Assembly (NCBI GenBank): GCA_951406725.2
Contig: OX597814.1
Span: 154,256,001-154,320,000, forward strand
Direction of reading: 5' to 3'
Source: Octopus vulgaris
Lineage: Eukaryota
DNA: 64,000 bases
Shown one piece after another: positions 25,770 to 39,261 of this stretch (positions are counted from its first letter, which is position 1; the number at the start of each line of letters is the position of its first letter). Under the pieces are notes generated by a model. That model did not search any database, was not told where the DNA came from, and saw only the letters and a program-made list of their open reading frames with translations. Made by a program: the position numbers and the translations under genes.

Positions 25770-26278
25770 AAGGGTAAAGACCCCTTTTGGCCATTAATGA
25801 CCATGGGATCGCACCTAGGAAGTTCCCTCTGAGGTACAAGTCTGGCATGGTTGTTTATGGAAGATCAGCAGTCGCCCATGCATACCAGCCTCTCCTCTCC
25901 AGCTCAACCAAAGTCTTGTGAATAAATTGAAGGGTAAAGAGTAAGGACCCACTTCAGTCATGAATGACCATGAGATTGCACCTACAAACTTCTCCTGTAA
26001 GGCACAAGTTCAGGCAAATTTGTTTTATGGAAGACCAGCAGTCGCCCATGTATACCAGCCTCTCCTCTCCACACCACCGATGTTGTCCAAGGGAAAGGCA
26101 AAGGCCAATACAGCTTGGCATCAGTGACGTCGCAACTTATTTCTACAGCTGAGTGAACTGGAGCAATATGAAATAAAGTGTCTTGCTCAAGAACACAACA
26201 CAGCCCAGTTCAGGAATCAAACTCACTACATCATGATTACAAGCCTAACGCTCTAACCACTGATCCATGTGCCTTCGA
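25770..26278 (-). mobile_element. tRNA/CORE-type SINE with duplicated tail
   Basis: Minus strand gaaggcacatggatcagtggttagagcg...gtgttgtgttcttgagcaagacactt. The tail segment is repeated at 25770-25900 and 25930-26070. Confidence 0.75.
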
Positions 26279-26679
26279 AGTTCTACTTAAAATGTCCTAC
26301 TTAAACTGTTGCAAGTAAATACAACAGATCTGTGAACTTCTTCCATTTTATTCTCCCTCTAGCATCAAAATATATAATTACAACAACCTCCAATAATAAT
26401 TAGGTCACCTAGGTAATATAAACTACCCACTTCTTGTACAGGACTTCATTTCATGGTTATCTATATTACTTATTTTTGCGATATATCTATCTGGTGTATC
26501 TGAAATCTTGAATTTCTATCAATCTACCAGAGATAACACTGCAAATTTTGTGCACTCATTACTTGTACTCAAAAATATTTGGTATTTAGATCTTTCCAAA
26601 AACTTTCCTGCATATGCCTGTCTGTCTGTCTGTTAATCTATCTATCTATAAATGTATATATATATGAATGTATATGCAC

Positions 26680-26714
<35 letters not shown>

Positions 26715-26732
26715 ATATATATATACATATAC

Positions 26733-26778
<46 letters not shown>

Positions 26779-26799
26779 ATACACACACACACACACATA

Positions 26800-27625
26800 T
26801 GTAAAATTAATAGAGGTCACAAAAGTGATGAAGGGTACTAGCACCAAATTATGCTAAAATAAGAGTTAAATTAACCCTCAAACCCCTAAAGCGCTATACT
26901 TAATGCATACATAGCCGTATTGGGATTTCGAATTTTGATGTAGACCACTTTAATTCTCATACACATTTACTGTTTTGAAAATCAGTACATGTTTTCAATG
27001 GTTTTCTTATAAAATTGACAAAGGAAGCTGAGTTTATCCCTAGGCATTAAGAGCTGCTGATGAGAATTAAGGTATCTACACCAAAGTTTGAAATTGCAAT
27101 ACAGCTATGTATGCTAGGGACTCATCTCCCTTTGTCAGTCATTAATTATAGTGCTTTAGTGGCTTTGGATTTAACTTAACTTTCATTTTAGCATAATTCA
27201 GTGCTAGGCAGTACACTCCATCACTTTTGTAGCACCTATTAAATTTGCCTGTAGGTTCTAATTGCTCATAAGTCACCCTTTTAATTTGTTGTTTACATTT
27301 TTACTATTTTGAAAATCAGCACATGTTTTCAACAGTTTTTCTTATAAGACTGACAGAGGAAGTTGAGTTTAATCCTAGGCGTTAAGAGCCACTAATGTGA
27401 AATAAGGTTGTTTACCACAAAATTCAAAATTGCGATACAGCTATGTACACTAGGGGCTTACCTCTCTTTGTCAGTCATTAAATATAGTGCTTCAGTAACT
27501 TTAGAGTTAATTTAACTTTTTTAGCATAATTTGTGCTTGTCAGTACACTCTGTCACTTTTGTGACTTCTGCTAATTTTGCCCTTAGTTTCTAATTGCTAA
27601 TAAGCCACCCTTTTAATTTGTTATA
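26800..27625 (+). mobile_element. Retrozyme/Penelope-pLTR-like array: inverted partial unit plus two ~333-bp tandem units, each with a hammerhead motif
   Basis: Units start near 26962 and 27295 (tttact.ttttgaaaatcag.acatgttttcaa). 26801-26960 is an inverted partial copy. The array is bounded by (TA)n. Confidence 0.7.
27052..27106 (+). ncRNA. Minimal type-I hammerhead ribozyme
   Basis: AGCTG-CTGATGA-GAATT...AGTTT-GAAA-TTGCAA-TA-CAGCT: intact core, 5-bp helix I, palindromic helix III. Confidence 0.75.
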
Positions 27626-27949
27626 TATATATATATATATATATATGTATCTTATGTCCTTGTAGAGTACAAAGGTAGGGTATTTCCAGAGAAGAACTCA
27701 ACCCAAGTTCTGGGCTATCAACGTTGTCAGATTCCAGATTAATACTGAAATTCTTCAAGCATAGAAAATCCTGGTTTCAATTGTTGTGTGGGTGTAGCGA
27801 AGAGTAAAATATAATCCAAATAATAAGACAAAGAAATCCTTTAACACGTCTTTAATGATTCCTCACAGAATTGCTACAGAAACAATTATAATGAATCATT
27901 AAAGGATTTCTTTGTCTTATTATTTGAATTATATATAATATATGTATAT

Positions 27950-28512
27950 ATCATCATCATCATTGTTTAACATCCGCTTTCCATGCTAGCATGGGTTGGA
28001 TGATTTTGACTGAGGGCTGGCGAACCAGATGACTGCACCAGGCTCCAGTCTTGATTTGGCAGAGTTTCTACAGCTGGATGCCCTTCCTAATGCCAACCAC
28101 TCCGAGAATGTAGTGAGTACTTTTTATATGTCACTGGCACAAATGCCAGTCAGGTGGTACTGGCAATGACCTCGCTCGAATCCTTTTATACATACCACCA
28201 GCACAGGTGCCAGAAGGCGATTTTGGTAATGATCATGCTCGAATGGTGCCCTTTTTACGTGCCCACTGGCACGGAAGCCAGTTGGCTGCTCTGGCAACGA
28301 TCATGCTCGAATGGTGCTCTTGACACCCTACTAGCACGGGCACAAGTGCCAGAAGGTGACGCTGGTAACGACCACGTTCGAATGGTGCTCTTTACGCTCG
28401 AATGGTGCCCTTTAAGTGCCACTGGCATGGAAGTCGGTTAGCCGCAGTCAGTAATCACGCTCGTATGGTGCTCTTTGCACCCTGCTAGCATGGACGCCAG
28501 TCATCGAATTTG
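27950..28512 (-). mobile_element. Long RTE-3'UTR element with internal tandem repeats
   Basis: (CAT)n then the family tail, then repeated gctcgaatggtgc/tttttacgtgcc units. Confidence 0.8.
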
Positions 28513-28843
28513 ATTTTACTTTTGATTGGTTGATTGATTTATTTATATATTTATCTATATCTATCTATACATACATACATACATACATACATACACACAT
28601 ACATACATACATATATATAAAAATATATGTATGTATGTATGTAAATACATAGGTACAGATATGGCTGCATGACAGTGTAAGCATAGCTGTGTGGTAAGAA
28701 TTTTGTTTTCCAACCATGTGGTTTGGGTTTCAGTCCTACTATGTGACACCTTGGGTAAGAGACCTCTACTATAATGCTAGCTCATCCAAAGTATTGTGAA
28801 TGGATTGGCAGATAGAAACTGAAAGAATTTTGTTGTATATACA

Positions 28844-29530
28844 TCAGGTCATCCTATAAGTTCTGTCCAAATTTTGAATAAAGAAAACAAGTGATCAAAT
28901 GTTATATTTAATTGAAATTTAATCATCAATGTACTTTCCCTGATTATCTATGACTTCCTTCCATCTATTTACAAACTTTTTAATCCTGTCAATGTAAAAC
29001 TCTTTTGGTTTCATAGCGAAGAACTCTGAAATGTCAGTTTCAACCTCTTCCTGGCTTGCGAAAGTTATGTCCCCCAGACGATTCTGTAAACTATGAAACA
29101 AATGGTAGTCTGAAGGAGCAAGGTCGGAAGAATAAGGTGGATGAGGAATTTTTTTCCCACCAAGCTCTTCGATCTTCTGTTATGTGATCTTTGCAGTGTG
29201 GGGTTGCGCATTGTCCTGATAAAACATCACTCCTTTTCGATTCACTAAAGTGGGTCTTTTTTTCTTCAAAGCTCGGTTCAAATGCTCTAATTGCTGACAG
29301 TAGACTTGAGCATTGATTGTTGCATTAGGTGGTAACAATTCAAAGTGAATTACTCCTTTGCAATCCCACCAGATAGAGAGAAGAATCTTTTTTCCATGAA
29401 GTTCCCTTCTCGGTTGTGGTTGAGCTTTTTCCCTTTTACCAAGCCACTGTTTAAGACGTTTAACATTTCGATAGAAGATCCATTTTTCATCACCAGTCAC
29501 AAGTCTATTAAAAAAGGATTACCATCAGTT
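28844..29530 (-). mobile_element. mariner transposon remnant, 5'-truncated
   Basis: TGDEKWIFY, LSIWWDCKGVIHFELL, QDNAQPH, HPPYSSDLAPSDYHLFHSLQN motifs. Broken by a stop and frameshift; 3' terminal sequence near 28844. Confidence 0.92.
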
Positions 29531-29711
29531 TTGTACTGATTATTGCCATTACCAAGTGCAGTAGTTGGTGCAAAACCATTGGTAACATTCTAGTGAGTTA
29601 CATGTCATAACCAGGAATCTACTGCCTGACAATATAAAGATATGTATTTTTATACACACTTAAACACACACACATACACAACTGCACACAAACACACAAA
29701 TATATGTATAC

Positions 29712-29841
<130 letters not shown>

Positions 29842-29914
29842 GGCGGTGCCCCAGCATGGCCACAGCTCATTAGCTGAAACTGGAAAAATCAAAAAATCAA
29901 AATCGAAAAATCAA

Positions 29915-29974
<60 letters not shown>

Positions 29975-29994
29975 ATCTATCATCTATCTATCTA

Positions 29995-30079
<85 letters not shown>

Positions 30080-30349
30080 ATATATATATATATATATATA
30101 CATCCATCTATCTATATATATTAATTTATACATACATTCACACATGTATACACATATGCACACACACATACATATATACATACATACACACCTGCACACA
30201 CACACACACACATACACAATTCAATAGAGACATGAACAACATTGTCACCTTGAACAGCACAAAGACCTCAATCTCTACCCATATGAAAGAGAAAATCTTA
30301 TACCCACAGCCTCCTTGTGCATGAACAGCATCCAACAATATTGCCACTA

Positions 30350-30873
30350 TCTATAACAATATCATAGCCTCCTCCCGCCGACACCAGCCGACCTTCTGTT
30401 GCTACCACTATTCCTCACCACAAACAATTTAACCATCATAAACAGCTGTACTTTTACTGACATCACTAAAGACAGTAACCTTGTCTCTCTGCCACACCAC
30501 CATTGCTAACCAACTCTGCCACCACTACTAACACTACCAACACCATTACCGTTATCAACACTATCATTATCACCACCGTTATTACCACTGTCATCACTAC
30601 CAACACTACCACCGCTGCCACCACCTTGAGCTGCTACTGGTGCCACCACTGCTACCACCATCACCACCACTACCACCACTATCACCACCACTACCACCAC
30701 TATCACCAATGGCTATCAAAATAACAACAACACATTTCACGTTCTTAACCACAAATCTCACTAACAACAAACACCACAGCTCCCAAACCATCATCACAAC
30801 CACCACAAACATCATCACAACCACAAACCCTTTCGCACCAGCACCAGCAGCAGAACCACTGCTTCCACCCCCA

Positions 30874-30906
<33 letters not shown>

Positions 30907-31260
30907 CCACCACCACCGCCGCCGCCGCCACCGCCACCACCGCCACCACCACCACCACTTCCACCATTATCACCTCTACTAGCACTTTCTCCATCCCCTC
31001 TACCTGCTACTCCTCCTCTACTGCCACCTCTCCATCCCCAACTCTCTACCACTGCTGCTGCTACTGCACCTTCACTAATGTCTATTTCATAATCACCAAT
31101 GAGAGAACCTTTACTTAGTTGCCTGACCTTGCAAGAAATAGCACCCAAATCACCATCACAAACTGCCTTACTTTTACTGACATCACTAACAACAGTGACA
31201 AAAGCGAATGTCTTTGTTATCACTCAACCTACTAAAAACTGCAACTAAACCTCCATCAAA
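30350..31260. repeat. (CAC/ACC/ACT)n low-complexity tract
   Basis: Degenerate trinucleotide repeats; the poly-P/T/G ORFs here are by-products. Confidence 0.85.
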
Positions 31261-31764
31261 TCACAGCTTACCATCTTAAATAACAGAAGACTCATTAGAC
31301 ACTGTGGACCTACATGCCCCATGTTTTCAATCAAAATTAACTTGGGATCATACAAGAACAAAATGAATATCACAGACTAATTAGTGTTATCAACAACAAC
31401 AGCGACGATGTCTGCTTCTTACTCCATGTCATAATAAGAACTTCCATCAACATTCCACCCTCGAACAAATGGCCTTGTTTCTTGCATATCAGTCACTTAA
31501 AACCACACAAAAAAGAAAAGAACATAAAATGAAAAATACATATCTTCCATCTAAATTGTGATTTTACCCCTTTCTTCTGTTAAACATATATATATAAAAA
31601 AAGCAGAAGAGAAATATGCTTCTATCATTAGTCAAAAAGAATGGCAATGTTCATGAGCCTTTTCAGGGCCTACAAGACTAATGAAAGGGAGGGAAGAATG
31701 AAAATATCCCCAAACTGGAGACCTGGCCCAAATTCTTGAGATAGAATAGATTCCACTAAATGAC

Positions 31765-31985
31765 CAGGAAGTGGTGTTGAAATGAGGGTACCCAAGGATC
31801 AGATGATGGTATAAAACTGGCTGACCCCCAAGGACCAACGGCAGGCAAGGATCAGGTGATGATGTTAAACTGACTGACTCCAAGGAGCAAGCAATGGTGT
31901 TAAACTGGTTGATCCAAAAGATCAGGTGAAGGTGTTAAAATGGAGACACTCAAGGTACAGGTGATGGTGTTAAACTGGCTGACAG
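31765..31985. repeat. ~35-bp minisatellite
   Basis: About 6 diverged copies of CCAAGGATCAGGTGATGGTGTTAAACTGGCTGACT. Confidence 0.75.
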
Positions 31986-32225
31986 ATCATGTCAGTCTAA
32001 TAGCTTAAAAGTCTCAGGATCAGATGAAGGCTTTGAAAGAATTATTGCATTTACCATCATCAACACTTGTACAAATTCTTTGAAATTCCTGGAATCTAGA
32101 ATCTGGACAAACTCATAACAGTTCTAAAAGTGAATAGAAACCCACACATCTACCACTACAAATAACAATACAAGGTTATATCACTACATTTTGCAACTAC
32201 TCAACTACAACACAAGCCTCCATAT

Positions 32226-32535
32226 CAGGTTTCTCAAACCAGGGTACTCATACATGAGAGAAAATGTTGGAGTATGTGAGGTTTGGGAAAACATTAAAAT
32301 TTTGAAGTATTCATAACCAACCAGATGCAATGCATATGCTTAAAAAAATATGAGGTGAACCTTTTGTTGTCCTCATCCATTTAGCATTGTGAATAAGGTT
32401 TCCAGCAATGTTTATAACAAAAAACAAATTTCACTCAAGATTGTCAATTGAGAATGATAGGTGGATGTGCATCTTTGAAACCATGTCTAAAATGCACAAT
32501 ATTGTAAGAAAGAGCCATATTCATTGATATTTCAT
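32226..32535 (+). mobile_element. hAT (Charlie/Buster-like) internally deleted remnant
   Basis: CAGGTTTCTCAAAC-like terminus, then frameshifted CE*GF.AMFITKNKFHSRLSIENDRWMC, resembling the hAT C-terminal dimerisation region. Confidence 0.55.
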
Positions 32536-32547
32536 TCCATATTGGCT

Positions 32548-32630
32548 ACCTCTGATGAGCATAGCATTATATAATTGAATTGTTATCTAAAACTCCATTG
32601 TACCTCTAGTGTGAAACCAATTGGTAAGAT
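32548..32630 (+). ncRNA. Minimal type-I hammerhead ribozyme motif
   Basis: ACCT-CTGATGA-GCATAG...CTAGTGT-GAAA-CCAATTGG-TA-AGAT. Confidence 0.65.
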
Positions 32631-33346
32631 CAGTCATGATGGATATATAATACTGTACACTTCAGATTATAGATATATATTGAGTGACAGGTTGATATAG
32701 TTCAACATAACCATGAAACTTTAAGTAAAATCTAAGTTAACTTGCTGATAAATACAACTCCAACTAAATATGTTGAGTACTACTTCTATTTGTTAGTCTA
32801 CTTAGCCATACACACATATGCATATAATGTGTGAGTGTGTGTGGTGCATATGTATTGTGTGTGTACATATATATATATGTACATACACACACATGCATGT
32901 ATGTGTGTGTTTGTGTGTGTGTGTATATATATATAAAAATATATAGATAGATATAGATATACACACACACTCACACACACTCATACACGCACTCACACAC
33001 ATTCACACATACACACTGGAAAAATATGTCACCATATGAAATGTTCTATCTTTACAAAAGATGGAACCAATTTAGAACTCCCAACAAGTTTGCAACCCAG
33101 ACATGTTTCTGCACATGCATGCTCTCACACTAAACATTTTCACAGACTGTCAACAACTTGTTGAAAGCTCAGTGGCTGGTTACTGAAATGTTCACAAAGA
33201 GAGACTTGATGCAATGCTGACACTGAAAGATCATTTGTTTTGGGTAGCTTGGACTACTGCACACAACTTTGTTTTCCTCATGGGGTTGAGGATATTGCAA
33301 ACATTATTAATGAGAAAAAAATGTCTTCACTATCGAAAAATTCACG

Positions 33347-33739
33347 AATGGCTGTGTGGTAAGTAGCTTGCTTACCAACCACATGGTTCCGGGTTCAGTC
33401 CCACTGCGTGGTATCTTGGGCAAGTGTCTTCTGCTATAGCCTCAGGCCGACCAATGCCTTGTGAGTGGATTTGGTAGACGGAAAATGAAAGAAGCCTGTC
33501 GTATATATGTATATATATGTGTATGTGTGCGTGCGTTTGTGTGTCTGTGTTTGTCCCCCTAGCATTGCTTGACAACCGATGCTGGTGTGTTTGTGTCCCC
33601 ATCACTTAGTGGTTCGGCAAAAGAGATCGATAGAATAAGTACTGGGCTTACAAAGAATAAGTCCTGGGGTCGATTTGATCGACTAAAGGCAGTGCTCCAG
33701 CATGGCCGCAGTCAAATGACTGAAACAAGTAAAAGAGAG
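33347..33739 (+). mobile_element. Octopus tRNA-derived SINE
   Basis: Same family as 6660-7044. A partial reverse copy follows at ~33795-33990. Confidence 0.85.
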
Positions 33740-34002
33740 TCTATAATCATGTCTCTGCTTTTGCAAATACCAATCTTTCTTTAAACTTTTATCTTTCATC
33801 TTTTAATTGTTTTATTCACTGGTCTACAGCAATACTGGGGCACTACCTTCAGGGGTTTTAGTTAAACAAATTGATCCCAGTACTTGTTTTCTAAGTCTAT
33901 CAATTTCTTCTGCTGAACTACTAAGTTGCAGGGATGTAAATAAACCAGCACTAGATGTCAAGGAGTGTTTGTGAAGCGGGGAACAAACGCAAATTTAAAG
34001 AC

Positions 34003-34063
<61 letters not shown>

Positions 34064-34113
34064 CAACCCATGCTCGCATGGAAAGCAGACATTAAACGAT
34101 GATAATGAAATGA

Positions 34114-34154
<41 letters not shown>

Positions 34155-35391
34155 CAGGGTGTGATGGGTAAATTGTCGCCATTTTATATGTTTAATTACG
34201 TGTGTGCACATTGTTTTTGATTTTGTCTTCTACACAGTATAGAAGGGTCAGTTGGGCACCATCTGTGAGAAAAACAGCACCATGCCAGAAATTTGGAAAT
34301 GTCATGCTGTGCTGCTTGGCATTTGTGCCAGAAGCTCCAATACAAACATTTCAGAGTGTTTGGGTGCCAATCTGAGGACAATGCAGAGGATTTGGAAAGA
34401 GTTGGATGAGTCTAATAGTGATTACAAAGGTATGGCAGCTCGGAAAATTCACTCCAATCGCTCTGATAAGAAAAGAACTCCTGAATTTGTTGGTGAGATC
34501 CAGGCCGTGATTGACAATGATCTCTGCAGGTCAATCAGGTCCATTGCCAGGGACATGAGAGTGTCTGAGTTTCTTATCAGGCAGGTAGTGCATAAAGACA
34601 TTTAGCATTCCTCATACAAGATGAGAAAGGGCCAAAGACTATACAACAAAGCTTTTGAACAAACTCAAGCATCCCTGCCATCTGAACATGCTTTGGTTTT
34701 TCTCAGTGAGAAAAATTTCTGCCAGGATCAGATGGTGTATACACAGAACAACCATTGGCTTACCGTATCCCCAAAACATGTACCGAGAGTGTTAAAAATC
34801 AAACATCCAGTCAACATCATGGTGTTTGGAGTGATCACTAGTGATGGTGAGGTTATGCCTCCATTCATCTTCCCACATGGCCTCAGACTCAACATGGAGG
34901 CCTACATCAAGTACCTGGAGGCAGTAGTGCTGCCCTGGATCAAGAGGCTGGCTGCTGGAAGACCTTATGTCTGGCAACAGGACTGAGCATCATGCCACAC
35001 AAGCAGGAGAGTCCAGTCATGTCTGTCACACAATTTCTGTGACCACACCATCCCTAACATCTGATCACCTAACTCTCCAGACTGTAACTCCCTTCATTAT
35101 TATGTGTGGGGCACAGTTGAGTGAGAGACAAACAAAACACCAAGATGAACTGAAGGCAAAGATTATGGCAGCATTCACCAACTTAAACAAGGAGACTGCA
35201 AAAGAGTTGCAGGAGATTCAGAAGTCATCTGGAGGCCATGGTTAAAGCCAATGGCGATTTTATTGAATAAATTTATTCTTTAATATTTCAAGATATTTTT
35301 TGTGATTTTGGAAAATATATCTGTTAAAATGAAATGCAGTGTTAATTTCACATTTGGGTAATTTAGACGACAATTTATTCACCGCACCCTG
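34155..35391 (+). mobile_element. Full-length defective maT-type (DD37D) Tc1/mariner transposon
   Basis: TA|CAGGGTGTGATGGGTAAATTGTCG...CGACAATTTATTCACCGCACCCTG|TA. Transposase pieces FLSEKNF, MVFGVITSDG, WQQD-37 aa-(D>H)YYVWG with SPDCN; contains stops. Confidence 0.9.
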
Positions 35392-35536
35392 TATATATAT
35401 ATAAGTTCAGCAAAATTTAGATTCAAATGAATATGGTACTTAAGTTAGATGCACCAGAATTTTGTATGGTATTATCCATATAAATCCATGGGGTGATTAT
35501 AATAAAAAATAAGCAACAAGAATAACTTCGGTAATT

Positions 35537-35620
35537 TGGTACGATCGTTTCACGCTACATCATTTTATTAAATATTGTAAGTATTACAACAGTTTTAAAA
35601 TGTTGAGCAATCATCAGCCA
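35537..35620 (-). ncRNA. Minimal type-I hammerhead ribozyme motif
   Basis: Minus strand TGG-CTGATGA-TTGCT...AGCGT-GAAA-CGATCG-TA-CCA within an AT-rich repeat (35400-35965) bounded by (TA)n. Confidence 0.7.
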
Positions 35621-36269
35621 TTAATAGAGGTTTTCCATTAATACATAATTTTCATATCAATTGATAACATTATAGAGAAGGTAGGTATATAGACAAAGAT
35701 GTCGATTTAAATTCTAAGAACATTAAGAACATTAAGATAGTAGACTCAGTTGATAAACTCTACTGTCAGTTGATAATAAATAAAATGTATATATTTGGTA
35801 TATACATTATTCTACCAAATATATACGTTTTATATATTATTTTGCATATTACTACATCGTTATATTTTTTATCTTATCTTTAATCTTTCTATTATATGTA
35901 CTTTTCTAGATGGTGTAATTTAATTTTTCATTTTGAATTGATAAAAGGTAGTTTTTTTTTCTAATTTTTATATATATATATATATATACTTACACACACA
36001 CATTTACATACATACATATGCACATACATACACACACTTACATACATAAATACATACATAAATACATACATACATACATAAATACATACATACATACGTA
36101 CATACATCATATATTTGAAGGACTTCCACACTGTTTTTGGCCTAAAGCTATAGAAGAAGACATTTGCTCAAGGTGCTGCACATTGGGACTGAACCCAAAT
36201 CCATGATGCTTCAAAGCAAGCTTCTTAACCACACAGCCATTCCACTGTACCGTTAAGAACAATATATCA

Positions 36270-36625
36270 TCAAATATCTAGTTCTAAACTTTAGAATTCA
36301 AGAGAAAACCAACTAAATGGATGGGAACTGCTGTCAGGTCCCTACTTTTCCTTTCTCAGACTCTTACACCAGGAACAAATATGCCAAACTATATTGGCAT
36401 TTAAAGGGCTCCAATTATACAACTTCCTCCCAAAAGAATTATAAAACGCGACCAATTTTCTCCAAAAGTTTAAAAACTATATCCAGATGAACATTTGTCA
36501 AGCATTGTAGATTAGCCACCTAAAAAATATTATGATTAAAGCAGAGAAGCCTTCACCAATTTGTTGGTTCTCCAATTAGAGATACCACATACACCGAAAA
36601 GCCCAACAAAGACGTTGGACCATCG
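36270..36625 (+). mobile_element. CR1-like LINE 3' remnant
   Basis: LAFKGLQLYNFLPKEL...KFK...DEHLSSIVD*P resembles a CR1 ORF2 C-terminus. Confidence 0.55.
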
Positions 36626-37582
36626 CACAAATACATATACATGTATATAGATTTACGTGTGTATATATGTGTATGCATGTATATATGTATGCATGTTTGT
36701 GTATATGTATATATCTATATTTATATTTATATCTATATCTATATATTTATATGTATGTATGTATCTATGTATGTATGTGTGTGTGTGCATGTACATATGT
36801 CTGTCTGTATGTTTATATGTATGTATATATGTATGTTTGTATGTATGTATTCATATACATATAATATACACACATATATATTATACATTTCTACATGTAT
36901 TGGCACACATATAGACACACATTCATACATGTATGTGTGTGTGTGTGTGTGTGTGGAGAGAGAGAGGGAGAGAGGGAGGGAGAGAGAGAGTAAGAGAGAG
37001 AGAGGGAGAGAGAGAGATGACAAAAATGAAAATAAAATAAAAACGACTGTGGCTCCATCAGTCAGTGTGGTATTAAAGCTTAGTTTTGGTGCTACTAATT
37101 AGTCAGCTGGTGTCTTGGTACTGATATCAAATGGAAAGGAAGTCGAAGAGAAGATATGCCTAGCAGATGCCAGCTGTCCCTGTAGTTGCAATTATTGTTA
37201 TTGTTGTTGTTGTTGATGATGATGATGATGGTGATGATGGTTATAGTAATGTTTAGGAGGATTATAAAGTTCTTTTCCTTTTAGTGTTTTTTGAGTTGAA
37301 TATCATGATTGCTATTTAATCTTGCGAGCACATCTGTCATATAGTATAGGAAATATTTTTTATATGCATGGCTACATGAACATAAGCAGTAGTTTGTATT
37401 CGTATGTGTGTGTGTGTGCAAGTAGATGTGCATGTTTCCCTATATACATATATGTACATATGTAGATATCTGTATATACATTGTATGTATGTATGTTTAC
37501 ATATATGTGTGTGTATGTATATGTGTGTGTAATATATGTGTGTGTATATTTGTATGTATGTATATATATGTATATGTGTGTG

Positions 37583-37634
<52 letters not shown>

Positions 37635-38415
37635 CATATATACATATATACACACACACAAATATATTTATGCATATACACACACACACACACACATATA
37701 TATATACATATATACACACACATATACACGTATATTTATACACACATACACATATATATCCTCATTATCATCATCACAGTCATAATCGTCATCATCACCA
37801 TTATAATCATTATTTAACATCTGTTTTTTCATGGTTGGACAATTTAACAGGATCCATCGAGGTGCAAAGCAACATTGGCTCCAGTGTCAGCTTTGACATG
37901 GTTTCTATAGCTGGATGCCCTTCTTAATACCAGCCCCTTTACAAAAGTCTACTGGGTGCTTTTTTTTTTTCCATGTCACCGGCACTTGTGAGATTACCAT
38001 GTAAACTTGCAAAACAGAAAAAGAAGAGGGGAAAAAAAAAGCAAAAGCTTCCACTATTAAGAGGAATATTTGAGAAGTAGAAGAGGTAGGTGGCTTTATG
38101 CCAGATATTGAAAGAAGGACAAGCACTGGTACTTATCTGTTGCTGTAGAGGTGATAGACGGCTGAGGGAGATAAAAAGAAGGTAGTAGTGGGGTGCTAGA
38201 GCAAACTCTCAGGGTACAAGAGGGTGAGCATAAGAGAAGATACAGACAATGAAACATGGGAGTGAATGAGAGGGTAGATACTTTTATAACAGGGTGAGTG
38301 GAGAGTAATACTTGATTAAAGATGATAGTAGAGGTGAATATAGTGAGTGATGAACAAAGGTGGAGGTGTAATTGAAGGGTAGTACTGGTAGGGGTGAAAG
38401 ATATAGGGGATATAA

Positions 38416-38836
38416 CCTCTTGATCCAGGGCAGCATTACCTCCTCCAGGCATTTGATGTAGGCCTCTGTGTTGAGTCTGAGGCCATGTGGGAAGATGAAT
38501 GGAGGCATAATGTTGCCATCACTAGTGATCACTCCAAACACCATGATGTTGACTGGATGTTTGATTTTTATCACCCTCGGTATATGCACTCTCCTCAAAT
38601 TAACACCCAGACACTCTGAAATGTTTGTATTGGAGGAGTGGCTGGTGTGAATACCAAGTTGTAGAGCATGTCGTTTCCAAATTCCTGGCAGAGGAAATTG
38701 CATCGTGGTGCTGTTTTTCTCACAGATGGTGCCCAACTGACCCTACTATATTGTGTAGTCAACGAAATCAAAAACAAACATTGGCATGCGGGAAATAAAA
38801 AATATAAAAGGGCAACAATTTACCCATTGAACCCAG
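38416..38836 (-). mobile_element. Internally deleted copy of the maT element at 34155
   Basis: Shares MGTICEKNST, SNTNISECLG and KHPVNIMVFGVITSDG..MPPFIFPHGLRLN. TIR-like end caatttacccattgaacccag|ta. Confidence 0.88.
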
Positions 38837-38980
38837 TATATATATATATATATATATAATACAAATGAGAAAATGGAGGAACAAATTCATTTCGATCATC
38901 AACTTACAGATATTACAATTTCATATTATTTATTAATTATATAAATAGGTGGGTTACCCTCATAACCCCTATATTACTTT

Positions 38981-39030
<50 letters not shown>

Positions 39031-39087
39031 AAGTTAATCCAAAAAAGAAAGCACAAAAAAACAAAACAAAGCGAGGACGTGGAACAA

Positions 39088-39125
<38 letters not shown>

Positions 39126-39261
39126 AAAATAGTAAAAAGTGAAAAAACAACAGAAGGCTTATAGGTTAAAAAATATATATATATTTACGTCAATATGTCT
39201 GAAGAATATTAAATTTTTTTTTTTTCCTTACAATGACATAGTTTAGAAGAAAGACCGGTAG

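Noticed and set aside
30606-31223. Pro-rich or Gly-rich ORFs resembling formin/extensin
   Set aside because: Within a degenerate CAC/ACC tract open on both strands; no splice or domain evidence.
31765-31985. 35-bp repeats as a CRISPR-like array
   Set aside because: Units are adjacent with no unique spacers, the context is eukaryotic, and there are no cas genes.
33010-33345. Possible second Tc1/maT fragment
   Set aside because: Only a short NEK..FTIE-like motif; no TIR pair confirmed.
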